Assembly (NCBI GenBank): GCA_945862355.1
Contig: CAMAYR010000001.1
Span: 14,314-78,313, forward strand
Direction: 5' to 3'
DNA length: 64,000 nt
DNA from: Devosia equisanguinis
Lineage (GTDB): Bacteria > Pseudomonadota > Alphaproteobacteria > Rhizobiales > Hyphomicrobiaceae
Below are positions 32,388-42,426 of the stretch, piece by piece (position 1 is the stretch's first letter; every line of letters starts with the position of its first letter). The position numbers were made by a program, and so were the translations under genes. The notes under the pieces were generated by a model. The model searched no databases. It had not been told where the DNA came from and saw only the letters and a list, made by a program, of their open reading frames with translations.

Positions 32388-34751
32388 CTATCCGGTTTCG
32401 TCGCCGCGCTGCTTGCGTGCCAGACTGTCGAGCACCTGCTCGGGCGTGATCGGATAGTGGCGGAAGCGCACGCCTATGGCGTCGTAGATGGCGTTGGCGA
32501 TCGCCGGCCCGATCGCGATGATCGGATCCTCGCCGACCCCCTTTGCGCCCCAGGGACCGCCTGGATCGGGTGCCGTCTCCAGGATGATCGTCCGGATCGG
32601 CGGCATGTCCATCGACAGCGGCATCTTGTAGTCGACGAAGCTCGCATTCAGCGAGCGTCCGGTGAGGGGGTCGATCTCGTGGTTCTCGGTCAGCGTGTGG
32701 CCGATGCCCTGCTGGATGCCCCCCTCGATCTGCCCCGCCGCCGCGATCGGGTGGATGACCTTACCGATCTCGTGGACGGGAACCACATGCTTCACGTCGA
32801 TCTGGCCGGTGCCGGTGTCGACCTCGACCTCCACGAAATGCGCACCGAAGGAATAGGATTTGGTCGGCGTGTAGCTGCCGGTCCCCACGAGATGGATCGC
32901 CGGGATTCCGCCGGGCTTGGGACCGACGCAGTCCTGTACAGTGATGCCGCGTCCTGGAACGCCGCGCACCTGGATGAAGCCTTGCGCAACCTCTAGATCG
33001 CTCGCCGACACCTCGAGCAGGTCGGCAGCGCGCGCCAGCATCTTCTCCTTGATCTCGGCGGCGGCCATCTTCGCGGCGGTTCCGACCATGTAGGTGGTGT
33101 GGCTCGCGAACGCGCCGATATCCCAGGGCGCGACATCGGTGTCGCCATGCACCACCGAGACCGCCTCGAACTCGAGACCGAGCTCCTCAGCCACGATCTG
33201 GGAAAGCGCTGTATGTGCGCCCGTGCCGAGGCCGGCAGCACCGGTCAGTAACGTTGCCGAGCCATCCTCGTTGAGCTTCACGATGGCGTTGCCCTGCTCC
33301 TTGATGCCGGGGTAAGCGCTCGAGCCGTGCATCTCGCAGCCCATGCCCCAGCCGTGTTTCTTTTTTGAATGTACGGCGCTCGCGCCGGGCGCCGTCGGCG
33401 CCTCGTCCGGCCCGCGGCCCGCCTCCGCCGTTTTCGCAGCGCGTTTGTCCTTCCAGCCGACCTCCTGCATACCTCTGCGAATGCAATCCTCGAGGCCGTG
33501 ACCGACGATCGGATGGTTCGACGGGGCGATGTCGCCTTCGCGAACTGCATTCTTCAATTTGAACTCGGCTGGATCCATGCCGAGCAACTCGGCGGCCTCG
33601 TCCATCTGGATGTCGAGCGCGTAGTAGGTCTGCACCACGCCGTAGCCACGGAAGGCGCCAGCGATCGGCGTGTTGGTGTAGATCGCGCGGCCTTCCAGAT
33701 GCACGTTTTCGCAGCGGAATAGCGACGTCAGCGCGGAGGCACCGACGGCGGTGACACCTGGCGCGTGGCTGCCGTAAGCACCAGAGTCGAACACGACCTT
33801 GGCCGCGCGCGCGGTGATGGTGCCGTCGCGCTTGAAGCCCTGGCGCAGCCAGATCGTCCCCGGGTGGCGCGAGCGGCCGCCGAGGAAGCATTCCTTGCGC
33901 GAATACTCCATGCGCACGGGTCGGCGCGTCTGGCGTGCCAGCAGCGCACACAGGAACTCATGCTGGAACAGGTCCTGCTTGGCGCCGAAGCCGCCTCCCA
34001 TGTGGTCGCACAACACGCGCACCTTGCCGAGCGGAAGGCCGAGCACCTCGGCCAGCGTTCCGCGCACCATGAAAGCGCTTTGCGTCGATGTGTGAAGCGT
34101 GAGCTTGTCGTTGCCGTCCCACTGCGCGACGCAGACGTTGGGCTCCATGTATGCCGGCTGCGGTCGTCCGCAGGTGTATGCCCCCTCGACGACGACGTCG
34201 GCCTCGGCAAAACCCTTGTCCACGTCGCCACGCTTGAAGAGCATGTCGGGCACGACGCGATTGCCTTCGAGGCCATTGTCGTGAATTACCGGCGCGCCGG
34301 GCTTCATCGCGTCATCGAGCGTGATGGCGGCAGGCAGGGCCTCGTACTCGACCTCGATCAGCGCGACGGCCTGATCCGCGATCTCCTCGCTGATGGCGGC
34401 CACAGCGGCGACGCCTTCACCCCAGTAGCGAACCTTGGTGTCGAAGATGTACTGGTCCTTCGTCACCGATGCCGAGCGCGGATGCGGGCTGCCATAGTGC
34501 AGAACCTGCGGCACGTTCTCGTGCGTCAGCACCGCCTTCACACCGGGCAACGCCAGCGCTTTCGATGCATCGACGCGTTTGATCCGCGCATGCGCGATCT
34601 CGCAACGCTTCATCTTGCCGTGCAGCATCCCCGGCAATTGCAGATCGCCGGCATAGCGGGCAGAGCCTGTCACCTTCTCGACCATGTCGGTGCGCTTCAC
34701 GCTGCGGCCGACGATGTGGAAGTTTTGCTTGGCCGCGTTCTTGTCGCTCAT
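32388..34751 (-). CDS. Xanthine dehydrogenase-family molybdopterin-binding large subunit (aldehyde oxidoreductase-like)
   Basis: 787 aa with GRSVKRTDMVEKVTGSARYAGD, AGAFRGYG, GAKGVGE. ATGA overlap with the upstream FeS subunit gene. Confidence 0.9.
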   Translation of the reverse strand: MSDKNAAKQNFHIVGRSVKRTDMVEKVTGSARYAGDLQLPGMLHGKMKRCEIAHARIKRVDASKALALPGVKAVLTHENVPQVLHYGSPHPRSASVTKDQYIFDTKVRYWGEGVAAVAAISEEIADQAVALIEVEYEALPAAITLDDAMKPGAPVIHDNGLEGNRVVPDMLFKRGDVDKGFAEADVVVEGAYTCGRPQPAYMEPNVCVAQWDGNDKLTLHTSTQSAFMVRGTLAEVLGLPLGKVRVLCDHMGGGFGAKQDLFQHEFLCALLARQTRRPVRMEYSRKECFLGGRSRHPGTIWLRQGFKRDGTITARAAKVVFDSGAYGSHAPGVTAVGASALTSLFRCENVHLEGRAIYTNTPIAGAFRGYGVVQTYYALDIQMDEAAELLGMDPAEFKLKNAVREGDIAPSNHPIVGHGLEDCIRRGMQEVGWKDKRAAKTAEAGRGPDEAPTAPGASAVHSKKKHGWGMGCEMHGSSAYPGIKEQGNAIVKLNEDGSATLLTGAAGLGTGAHTALSQIVAEELGLEFEAVSVVHGDTDVAPWDIGAFASHTTYMVGTAAKMAAAEIKEKMLARAADLLEVSASDLEVAQGFIQVRGVPGRGITVQDCVGPKPGGIPAIHLVGTGSYTPTKSYSFGAHFVEVEVDTGTGQIDVKHVVPVHEIGKVIHPIAAAGQIEGGIQQGIGHTLTENHEIDPLTGRSLNASFVDYKMPLSMDMPPIRTIILETAPDPGGPWGAKGVGEDPIIAIGPAIANAIYDAIGVRFRHYPITPEQVLDSLARKQRGDETG

Positions 34752-35296
34752 GCCTGACCTCTTTGCTTGGCGCTCAGGCCGGCAGGCCGGCTACGCTCGG
34801 CGCTCAGGTCGCCAGCCCCGCTATGCGCACGCATGTGCAGAGCCGCATCCCTGATGGCGTCGATGATCTTCGTATAGCCGGTGCAGCGACAGATGTTGCC
34901 GGCGATAGCGAAGCGGATCTCGTCGTCGTTGGGGTCCGGGTTCTCGTCGAGCAGTGCTTTTGCCATCATCAAGATGCCGGGCGTACAGAAGCCGCACTGG
35001 GCGCCGCCGAGCATCATAAAACTGTCCTGCAGCGGATGCAGCTTGTCGGGCGCAGTCTGCAATCCTTCGATGGTCGTGATCTCGGCACCGTCCGTCTCTG
35101 CGGCGAGCACGAGACACGAGCACACCGGCTTGCCGTCAAGAATCACCGTGCAGGCACCGCAGTCGCCGACGTCACAGCCTTTCTTAGTACCGGTGAGACC
35201 GGCCGTGTTGCGCAGCGCATCGAGCAGCGAGTGGAACGGCTCCACGACGAGCTCACGCTCCTCGCAGTTGATCGTCGTCGTGATGACCTTCTTCAT
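34748..35296 (-). CDS. (2Fe-2S)-binding small subunit of the molybdoenzyme
   Basis: 182 aa with GCDVGDCGACTV, QCGFCTPG, CRCTGY. It has 4-nt overlaps with both neighbours. Confidence 0.9.
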   Translation of the reverse strand: MKKVITTTINCEERELVVEPFHSLLDALRNTAGLTGTKKGCDVGDCGACTVILDGKPVCSCLVLAAETDGAEITTIEGLQTAPDKLHPLQDSFMMLGGAQCGFCTPGILMMAKALLDENPDPNDDEIRFAIAGNICRCTGYTKIIDAIRDAALHMRAHSGAGDLSAERSRPAGLSAKQRGQA

Positions 35297-36156
35297 CGTG
35301 CAGTCTCCATTGCCGCGACGATCGCGCGGTGCGTCAATTCCTCGACCATCCGACGCCTGTAAGCAGCGCTGCCGCGGATATTGCTGATGGGGCTCGATTC
35401 GAATGCCGCGGCGGCCGCACAAGCAGCGATCGAAGTGGCATCGGGCGTGATGCCGGCGAGTAGCGCCTCTGCGTTGCGGGCGCGGATCGGCGTTGGTGCT
35501 ACGGCCCCCAGTGCGATGCGAACCGCGCTGCACTTGCCGGCAGCCATCGTCAGATGGACAGCGACGCCGACTGTTGCCAGCTCCATCGCCTTGCGACGGC
35601 CATGCTTGATGTAGAACTTGCCTGTTCCTGGTGAGGGCGCCGGCACGTGGAAGCCAGTCACGATCTCTTCGGGTTTCAACACCGTCTTGCCGGGACCGGT
35701 GAAGAATTCCTCGAGCAGCACAGTTCGCTCTCCGCCGGCACCGAGCATCGTCACGCGTGCACCGTCGGCGATCAGCGGCGGCAGCGTGTCGGCCGAGGGC
35801 GAAGCCCGGCAAACATTGCCGGCAACGGTTGCGCGGTTGCGCACCTGGATCGAGCCCAGCTCGCGGACTGCCTGCCAGAGCCCATGGAAATGCTCCCGGA
35901 CTGGAGCCGACATCTCGATCTCACGCACGGTGACGAGCGCGCCGAAGCGCAGCCCTTCAGTGGTGGACACCGACAGCTCGCGCAAGCCAGGGATATGCTT
36001 GGCATCGATTACGATCTCCGGCGCGCGAATCCCTTCCTTGATTTCGACGAGTAGATCCGTTCCGCCAGCGAGCAGGCTCGCGCGGGTGCCATGCTGCGCC
36101 AACAGGGCAATGACCTCCCGCGCCGTCTCCGGCTGATGAAGCTCGAATGGTCGCAT
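35293..36156 (-). CDS. FAD-binding medium subunit (CoxM/XdhB-like) of the molybdoenzyme
   Basis: MRPFELHQPETAREVIALL...LLAGGTDLLV. AAGGAG lies before ATG 36156. Confidence 0.85.
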   Translation of the reverse strand: MRPFELHQPETAREVIALLAQHGTRASLLAGGTDLLVEIKEGIRAPEIVIDAKHIPGLRELSVSTTEGLRFGALVTVREIEMSAPVREHFHGLWQAVRELGSIQVRNRATVAGNVCRASPSADTLPPLIADGARVTMLGAGGERTVLLEEFFTGPGKTVLKPEEIVTGFHVPAPSPGTGKFYIKHGRRKAMELATVGVAVHLTMAAGKCSAVRIALGAVAPTPIRARNAEALLAGITPDATSIAACAAAAAFESSPISNIRGSAAYRRRMVEELTHRAIVAAMETAR

Positions 36157-36233
36157 TCCTTGCTCCTTCGACACGCTGCGTCATGCGCGCCCGCACAATA
36201 GCTCACGATATTGCAGTCTTTTGCTGGCCCGCT

Positions 36234-37022
36234 TCAAGCCGGCTTACGTTTCCGTCGCCGCCCTGCGGAGGCGGCGGGCTTCACATCGCGTCTCGTCTCC
36301 GGTCCGGCGATACCCAATGCTTCAGCAAGCCTCACTGGCCTCACGCTATCGTCCAGGCGAAGCTGGCTTTCCAGATGTGCGAGGTGATCGTTCATCGCGG
36401 CAACTGCAGCCTCGGCGTCGCGATGCAGCATCGCTTCGACAATTGCGCGATGCTCGCCCGCTCCGCAATAGGACAGACTGTGCCCCGTATGCGCGAGCGC
36501 CAGCAGCGGCGTGCGGCAAATGAGATGCTCCATGAACCGATCGAGCACGGTGTTTCCCGCCAGCTCCGACAACAATTTGTGGAATTGGATCGACAACCGC
36601 TGGCCCGTCTTCGCATCACCTTTCTCATAGGCACCCGCTTCCTCGGCCACGAAGGCACGCAAGCGCCGCCGTATCGCAGGCGTCATCCTCGACGCGACGG
36701 AGCGAACGATGCCCGCTTCGACGACGCGCCGCGCCTCGAACAAGTCGCGCGTCTCGGATACGGAAGGATTGGCAATCACAGCTCCGCGATTAGGACGCAA
36801 CTCCACCAGCAAGCCGTGTCCCAGTCGCGCCAACGCTGCGCGAACGGCACCTCGACTTGCGCCGAGAAGCTCTGAGAGTTCGCGCTCGACGAGCTTGGTG
36901 CCTGGTGCAAGGCGATGATCGAGAATGGCATCGAGAACAGCTTGGAATACGCGTTCCTCTGCATCCCGGCCGGTTGCCGAGATATTGCGCCGAAGTCTGC
37001 TTCGAGCGGCGATGCGCTGCAT
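36234..37022 (-). CDS. GntR-family transcriptional regulator (FadR/FCD type)
   Basis: HTH region ...LAPGTKLVERELSELLGASRGAVRAALARL... plus an FCD-like C-terminus. The start is uncertain (ATG 37022 or TTG 37040). Confidence 0.8.
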   Translation of the reverse strand: MQRIAARSRLRRNISATGRDAEERVFQAVLDAILDHRLAPGTKLVERELSELLGASRGAVRAALARLGHGLLVELRPNRGAVIANPSVSETRDLFEARRVVEAGIVRSVASRMTPAIRRRLRAFVAEEAGAYEKGDAKTGQRLSIQFHKLLSELAGNTVLDRFMEHLICRTPLLALAHTGHSLSYCGAGEHRAIVEAMLHRDAEAAVAAMNDHLAHLESQLRLDDSVRPVRLAEALGIAGPETRRDVKPAASAGRRRKRKPA

Positions 37023-37204
37023 CGGAATGCCTGTGTCCAAGGATGGAAATGAAGCATTTTCACGTTAAGAATCTGCGAATTTAATGTCAATCATCGCTCT
37101 CAAATTTGTTGACAATTTGCGGCTGCAAGGTTGATCCTGACACGATGTCTATACGGTGACCGGCTGGTCGACGATTGCGACCGACGCAGCGTACGGAGCC
37201 AATC

Positions 37205-38569
37205 ATGAACTCCTTCCTCATTCGCAACGCCAGCGCCGTAATGACTGGACTTCCTGGCGCCGCCGCACGCGTCAAGGGAAGCGACATACGCGTGCGCGGC
37301 GGCGTGATCGAAGCAATCGGCAATCTTGCGCCGGAGCCGGGCGAGACACTGCACGACGCGACAGACTGCGTCGTCTATCCGGGCTGGGTCAACACGCATC
37401 ATCATCTGTTCCAATCACTCACGAAGGGCATCCCCACGGGCATCAACCTCCAACTTGCGCCGTGGCTCGCAGCCGTGCCGGTCGCCTACCGCCGCTTCGT
37501 CAACGAGGACACGATCCGGCTCGCTGCACGCATCGGAATCGTAGAGCTGCTGCTGTCGGGCTGCACCACGATCGCCGATCACCACTACGCCTATTGGCCC
37601 GGAATGGGCTTCGACAGCAGCGGGATCCTGTTCGACGAGGCTCAACGGTTCGGCGTCCGCTTCGTGCTGATGCGGGGTGGCGCGACGCGCGTGCGGGAGG
37701 TGGATGTCAACGCGCCACCGGAGGCCCGGCCCGAGACAATCGACGGCATGCTCGCCTCGATCGAGGCCGACGTCGCACGTTTCCACGATCCGCGCGGCGA
37801 TGGGATGCGGCGCATGATCATGGCGCCGACGACGCCGACGTTCTCCGTGCATGAGCACGAGCTTCCCGTGCTCGCCGCCGCGGCGCGGAAGATGGGCGTT
37901 TACATGCACAGCCATCTCTCCGAGCAAGGAGAGTACGACGCCTATTGCCGCGAAGTGCACAACTGTACCCCGCTCGAATTCGTCGAGCGCAACCAATGGA
38001 CAGGGTCAGACGTTTTCTTCGCGCATCTGGTCACCTGCACGCCACCCGAGGTCGAAGCGCTGGCGCGGACCCGCACGGGAATGGCGCACTGCCCGCAGTC
38101 GAACTGTCGTCTCGGCTCCGGCATCGCGCCGGCAGTTGCGCTCTATAAGGCCGGCGGCCGTGTCGGCCTCGGCGTCGATGGAGCGGGCTCGAACGAGGCA
38201 GCAGACATGATCAGCGAAGCGCACATGGCCTGGCTCGTCCATCGCAGCCGGCACGGTGCTGCAAGCGTTACGGTCGAGGATGCGATACACTGGGGCACGG
38301 CCGGTGGCGCCGACCTTCTAGGGCTCGACAAAGTCGGCAGCATTGCTCCTGGGATGGCAGCCGACCTGATAATCTACTCGCTCGACCATCCGCGCTACGC
38401 CGGCCTGCACGATGTCGCGATCGGACCAGTCGCAGCGGGCGGTCAGGCGCACGTGAAGCGCGGTTTCTGCAACGGCCGGCTCGTCGTGGAGGACGGCAGA
38501 ATTCCGGGCCTCGACGTACCGAGGCTGATGGCGGATGCGCGCTCGACCGTCTCCCGAATGATCATCTAG
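37205..38569 (+). CDS. Amidohydrolase, 8-oxoguanine deaminase-like
   Basis: MNSFLIRNASAVMTG...VYPGWVNTHHHLFQSL (metal-binding HxH). About 454 aa. GGAG lies before the ATG. Confidence 0.75.
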   Translation: MNSFLIRNASAVMTGLPGAAARVKGSDIRVRGGVIEAIGNLAPEPGETLHDATDCVVYPGWVNTHHHLFQSLTKGIPTGINLQLAPWLAAVPVAYRRFVNEDTIRLAARIGIVELLLSGCTTIADHHYAYWPGMGFDSSGILFDEAQRFGVRFVLMRGGATRVREVDVNAPPEARPETIDGMLASIEADVARFHDPRGDGMRRMIMAPTTPTFSVHEHELPVLAAAARKMGVYMHSHLSEQGEYDAYCREVHNCTPLEFVERNQWTGSDVFFAHLVTCTPPEVEALARTRTGMAHCPQSNCRLGSGIAPAVALYKAGGRVGLGVDGAGSNEAADMISEAHMAWLVHRSRHGAASVTVEDAIHWGTAGGADLLGLDKVGSIAPGMAADLIIYSLDHPRYAGLHDVAIGPVAAGGQAHVKRGFCNGRLVVEDGRIPGLDVPRLMADARSTVSRMII

Positions 38570-38589
38570 ACGCCGCGAAGGAGGCTCGA

Positions 38590-40059
38590 ATGCGTTCGAC
38601 ACTGGGTTTCGTGCGGCGAGGTCGCACGGTGGAACTCTCCGACGCGCAGGCGCGAATGACGCTGCTCGAGTGGCTGCGTCTGGAAGATTGCGCAACAGGC
38701 ACGAAAGAAGGCTGTGCGGAAGGCGACTGCGGCGCGTGCACCGTCGTTCTGGTGCGCGAGAAGAAGGGCCGCATCATGCACGAGCCGGTCAATTCCTGCA
38801 TCATGCTCGCGGGGCAGGCGGTTGGATCGGAAATTCTGACAGTCGAGGATCTGGCCGACAGCAGCGGCGAGCTGCATCCGGTCCAGGACGCGATGTGGCG
38901 GCATCACGGCTCGCAGTGCGGCTTCTGCACGCCCGGGATCGTGATGAGCCTCGCCGCGATGCATCAGGAGGCGGCGAGGCCCGTCACGCGAGCCGCGGTG
39001 TGCGATCAGCTGGCGGGCAATCTGTGCCGGTGCACGGGATATCGGCCGATCATCGACGCAGGGCTGGAGGCGTGCGCAGCGCCGCAGCCCGAGGTTCCGC
39101 AGTCGCGGCGCGAACGTCTCGCGGCGCTTCGAGACGACGGGGATCATTTCGTCGGCGATGACACTGCGTTCTTCGCTGCGCCCGCGAGCGAGACAGCACT
39201 TGGCGATCTGCTTGCGCGGCATACGGATGCGCTCATCGTTTCCGGCGCGACGGACGCGGGGCTTTGGATCACAAAGGCGCTGATGGAGCCGAAACGTGTC
39301 ATCTGGCTCGGCCGCGTCGCGGGGCTCGACCGGATCGAGCGCAAGGATGGTGTCCTGTCGATCGGCGCCACTGCAACGGTGGCCGATGCCGAGCACGAGC
39401 TTGGCGATCTGGCGACGGATCTGGGCGAAGTGGTGCGCCGTTTCGGCTCGGCACAGGTGCGGGCTTCTGCGACGGTCGGCGGCAACATCGCAAACGGCTC
39501 GCCGATCGGCGACCTCGCGCCTTGCCTGATCGCACTTGGTGCCACGCTGCAGCTGCTCCACGGCGCTGCAACGCGGACGATCGAGCTGGAAGACTTCTTC
39601 ATCGCCTACAAGAAGCAGGACCGGCGGCAAGGCGAGATCGTGCGACGCGTGCTGGTGCCGTTGCCGGATGCGAGCGTCATGTTCCGCGCCTACAAGATCT
39701 CGAAGAGGATCGACGAGGACATCTCGGCCGTGCTCGGTGCGTTCGCAATTCGTGTCGAGGGGCGGCGCGTGGTGTCGGCGCGTATCGCGTTCGGCGGCAT
39801 GGCGGGCGTTCCGGCACGCGCCAACCTGACGGAGGCGAGGCTTGCGGGCATCTCTCTCGACGACCCGGTGGCGTGGAAGCCCGCGCTCGATGCTCTCGCC
39901 TCCGACTTCACGCCCTTGTCTGATCACCGCGCGAGCGCTGCATATCGGTGTGTCGTCGCGCGCAACCTGCTGGAGAAGGCGTTGATGGAGATCGCTGGCG
40001 CGCCACGCGCGTCGACCCGCATCCTGGCCCATGCGGAGGCACGCCATGCCGCCGAGTGA
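38590..40059 (+). CDS. xdhA: Xanthine dehydrogenase small subunit XdhA (2Fe-2S + FAD)
   Basis: TKEGCAEGDCGACTV, QCGFCTPG, CRCTGY, followed by an FAD domain. AAGGAGG Shine-Dalgarno. Confidence 0.9.
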   Translation: MRSTLGFVRRGRTVELSDAQARMTLLEWLRLEDCATGTKEGCAEGDCGACTVVLVREKKGRIMHEPVNSCIMLAGQAVGSEILTVEDLADSSGELHPVQDAMWRHHGSQCGFCTPGIVMSLAAMHQEAARPVTRAAVCDQLAGNLCRCTGYRPIIDAGLEACAAPQPEVPQSRRERLAALRDDGDHFVGDDTAFFAAPASETALGDLLARHTDALIVSGATDAGLWITKALMEPKRVIWLGRVAGLDRIERKDGVLSIGATATVADAEHELGDLATDLGEVVRRFGSAQVRASATVGGNIANGSPIGDLAPCLIALGATLQLLHGAATRTIELEDFFIAYKKQDRRQGEIVRRVLVPLPDASVMFRAYKISKRIDEDISAVLGAFAIRVEGRRVVSARIAFGGMAGVPARANLTEARLAGISLDDPVAWKPALDALASDFTPLSDHRASAAYRCVVARNLLEKALMEIAGAPRASTRILAHAEARHAAE

Positions 40060-42400
40060 AATGCCGCCGAATGACATGCCGGACTTCAGCGCCGTCGATG
40101 CAGCACGCACGCCGTCGGTCGTCAGCAAATCGCATCCACAGGATTCGGCGCGGCTGCACGTCACCGGCACGGCGACATACATCGACGACATGCGGGAGCC
40201 ATCCGGCACGTTGCACATCGTGTGTGGCCTGTCGCCTGCGGCGCGTGGCGCCATCTTGAGGCTGGGGCTCGATCGAGTAAAGGGTGCGCGGGGCGTCGTT
40301 GCCGTGCTCACGGCAGCGGACGTTCCTGGACGCAACGACATCTCGCCTGCCTTCGCGGACGAGCCGCTGCTTGCCGACGGGCGCGTGCTGTTTCATGGCC
40401 AGCCGCTGTTCGCGGTTGTCGCCACCTCGCGCGACGCAGCGCGGCGGGCGGCGAAACTTGCCGACGTCGAGATCGCCGCGAAACCGCCGATACTCACAAT
40501 CGATGACGCCATCGCGGCTGATTCAAAGGTGCTGCCCGACTACGACTTCACGCGCGGTGAGGTAGGCAAGGCACTGGCAGCATCGGCGCACAGCATCGCA
40601 GGCCGGCTCGCGATGGGCGGGCAGGAGCACTTCTATCTCGAAGGCATGATCGCGCTCGCGGTACCCGGCGAGAGCGGCACGATGACCGTATACTCGTCGA
40701 CTCAGGATCCGGCCGAGGTGCAGCACATTTGCGCGCGTGTCCTGGGGCTGTCCGACGCGTCCGTGATGGTCGAGACGCGGCGGCTCGGTGGCGGGTTCGG
40801 CGGGAAGGAAAGCCAGGCGTGCCAGTGGGCGGCGCTCGCGGCACTCGGCGCGCACGTGACGGGGCGGCCATGCAAAGTTCGCCTCGACCGTGACGATGAT
40901 TTCGCTGCGACAGGCAAGCGACACGATTTCCGCGCGGATTGGCAGGTCGGCTTCGACGACAGCGGCTCACTTCTGGCCTACGACGTTGCGCTGAACGCGC
41001 GCTGCGGGTGCTCTGTCGATCTTTCAGTGGGCGTCGTCGACCGCGCGATGTTCCACGCGACGAACGGCTACTATGTGGCCGACGTCGCCATCCGCTCCCG
41101 GCGCCTCAAGACCGATACCGTCTCGGCAACGGCGTTCCGTGGCTTCGGTGGTCCGCAGGGCATTCTCGCGATCGAGCGCGTGATGGATGCGGTAGCGCAC
41201 GCGACGGGCCGCGATCCGCTCGACGTGCGAAAGGCGAACCTCTACGCGCCGGGACGCGACGTCACCCCCTACGGCATGAAGGTCGAGGATACCTCGACGC
41301 TGCGGCAGATCGTCGATGAGTTGGAAGCCTCGGCCGACTATCGCGCGCGCCGTGACGATATCCGCGCCTTCAACACGCAGGGCGGCATCCTGCGGCGCGG
41401 CATCGCGCTGACGCCTCTGCAATTCGGCATCTCGTTCACGCTCGCACACATGAACCAGGCTGGCGCGCTATTGAATGTCTACCAGGACGGCTCGGTATTG
41501 CTCAACCACGGCGGCACAGAGATGGGCCAGGGGCTGTTCGTCAAGGTTGCGCAGATCGTGGCGGAGGAGCTCGGCATTGCACTAGATGCCGTTCGGCCGA
41601 CCGCGACATCTACCGCGATGGTGCCGAATGCATCGCCAACCGCAGCGTCAGCTGGCTCTGATCTCAACGGCATGGCCGCACGCATCGCGGCTACCAAGAT
41701 CAAGTCTCGGATGACGCCCGTGGCTGCTGCCCATTGGGGTGTCGCGCCGGAGGAGATAGCTTACGCGAACGGGCGCGTCTCGGCCGGCAACAAAGCGATG
41801 ACGTTCGGAGAGCTCGCGCAGTTGGCGCGCAAATCGCGCGTGTCGCTGTCGGCCACGGGCTACTACAAGACGCCCGACATCACATGGGACTGCGACACGC
41901 GCACCGGCCGACCGTTCTACTATTTTGCTTTCGGTGCTGCGTGCGCGGAGGTCGTGATCGACACGCTCACCGGAGAGATGAAGGTCGAGCGCATCGATAT
42001 TCTCCATGACGTCGGCACGTCGCTCAATCCTGCCATCGACATCGGACAGATCGAGGGCGGCTTCGTGCAAGGCATGGGCTGGCTGACGACGGAAGAGCTC
42101 GTGTGGGACGGTGCGGGCCGGCTCGCGACGCACGCACCGTCGACATATAAGATCCCCGTGGCGAGCGATGTGCCTGCCGATTTCCGCGTGAAGCTCACGA
42201 ACCGGCCGAACGATATGCCGACGATCTATCGCTCGAAGGGCGTCGGTGAGCCGCCGCTGATGCTGGCGACGTGCGTGTTCTCCGCGATCCTCGATGCGCT
42301 AGCCTCGCTGAAGCCCGGCGCGCAGGTGCCCCTCGATGCGCCGGCGACGCCCGAGCGCATTCTCATGGCGGCGGAGGCGTTGCGCGCGGGTCGGTCTTGA
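40046..42400 (+). CDS. xdhB: Xanthine dehydrogenase molybdopterin-binding subunit XdhB
   Basis: SHPQDSARLHVTGTATYIDD, TAFRGFGGPQG, KGVGEPP. It overlaps the xdhA stop by 14 nt. Confidence 0.9.
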   Translation: MPPSEMPPNDMPDFSAVDAARTPSVVSKSHPQDSARLHVTGTATYIDDMREPSGTLHIVCGLSPAARGAILRLGLDRVKGARGVVAVLTAADVPGRNDISPAFADEPLLADGRVLFHGQPLFAVVATSRDAARRAAKLADVEIAAKPPILTIDDAIAADSKVLPDYDFTRGEVGKALAASAHSIAGRLAMGGQEHFYLEGMIALAVPGESGTMTVYSSTQDPAEVQHICARVLGLSDASVMVETRRLGGGFGGKESQACQWAALAALGAHVTGRPCKVRLDRDDDFAATGKRHDFRADWQVGFDDSGSLLAYDVALNARCGCSVDLSVGVVDRAMFHATNGYYVADVAIRSRRLKTDTVSATAFRGFGGPQGILAIERVMDAVAHATGRDPLDVRKANLYAPGRDVTPYGMKVEDTSTLRQIVDELEASADYRARRDDIRAFNTQGGILRRGIALTPLQFGISFTLAHMNQAGALLNVYQDGSVLLNHGGTEMGQGLFVKVAQIVAEELGIALDAVRPTATSTAMVPNASPTAASAGSDLNGMAARIAATKIKSRMTPVAAAHWGVAPEEIAYANGRVSAGNKAMTFGELAQLARKSRVSLSATGYYKTPDITWDCDTRTGRPFYYFAFGAACAEVVIDTLTGEMKVERIDILHDVGTSLNPAIDIGQIEGGFVQGMGWLTTEELVWDGAGRLATHAPSTYKIPVASDVPADFRVKLTNRPNDMPTIYRSKGVGEPPLMLATCVFSAILDALASLKPGAQVPLDAPATPERILMAAEALRAGRS

Positions 42401-42426
42401 TCTGCGCGTGAGCCGCAATGTTCAGC

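Noticed and set aside
38566-40341. 591-aa minus-strand ORF
   Set aside because: It is antisense to xdhA, whose FeS motifs are unambiguous on the plus strand.
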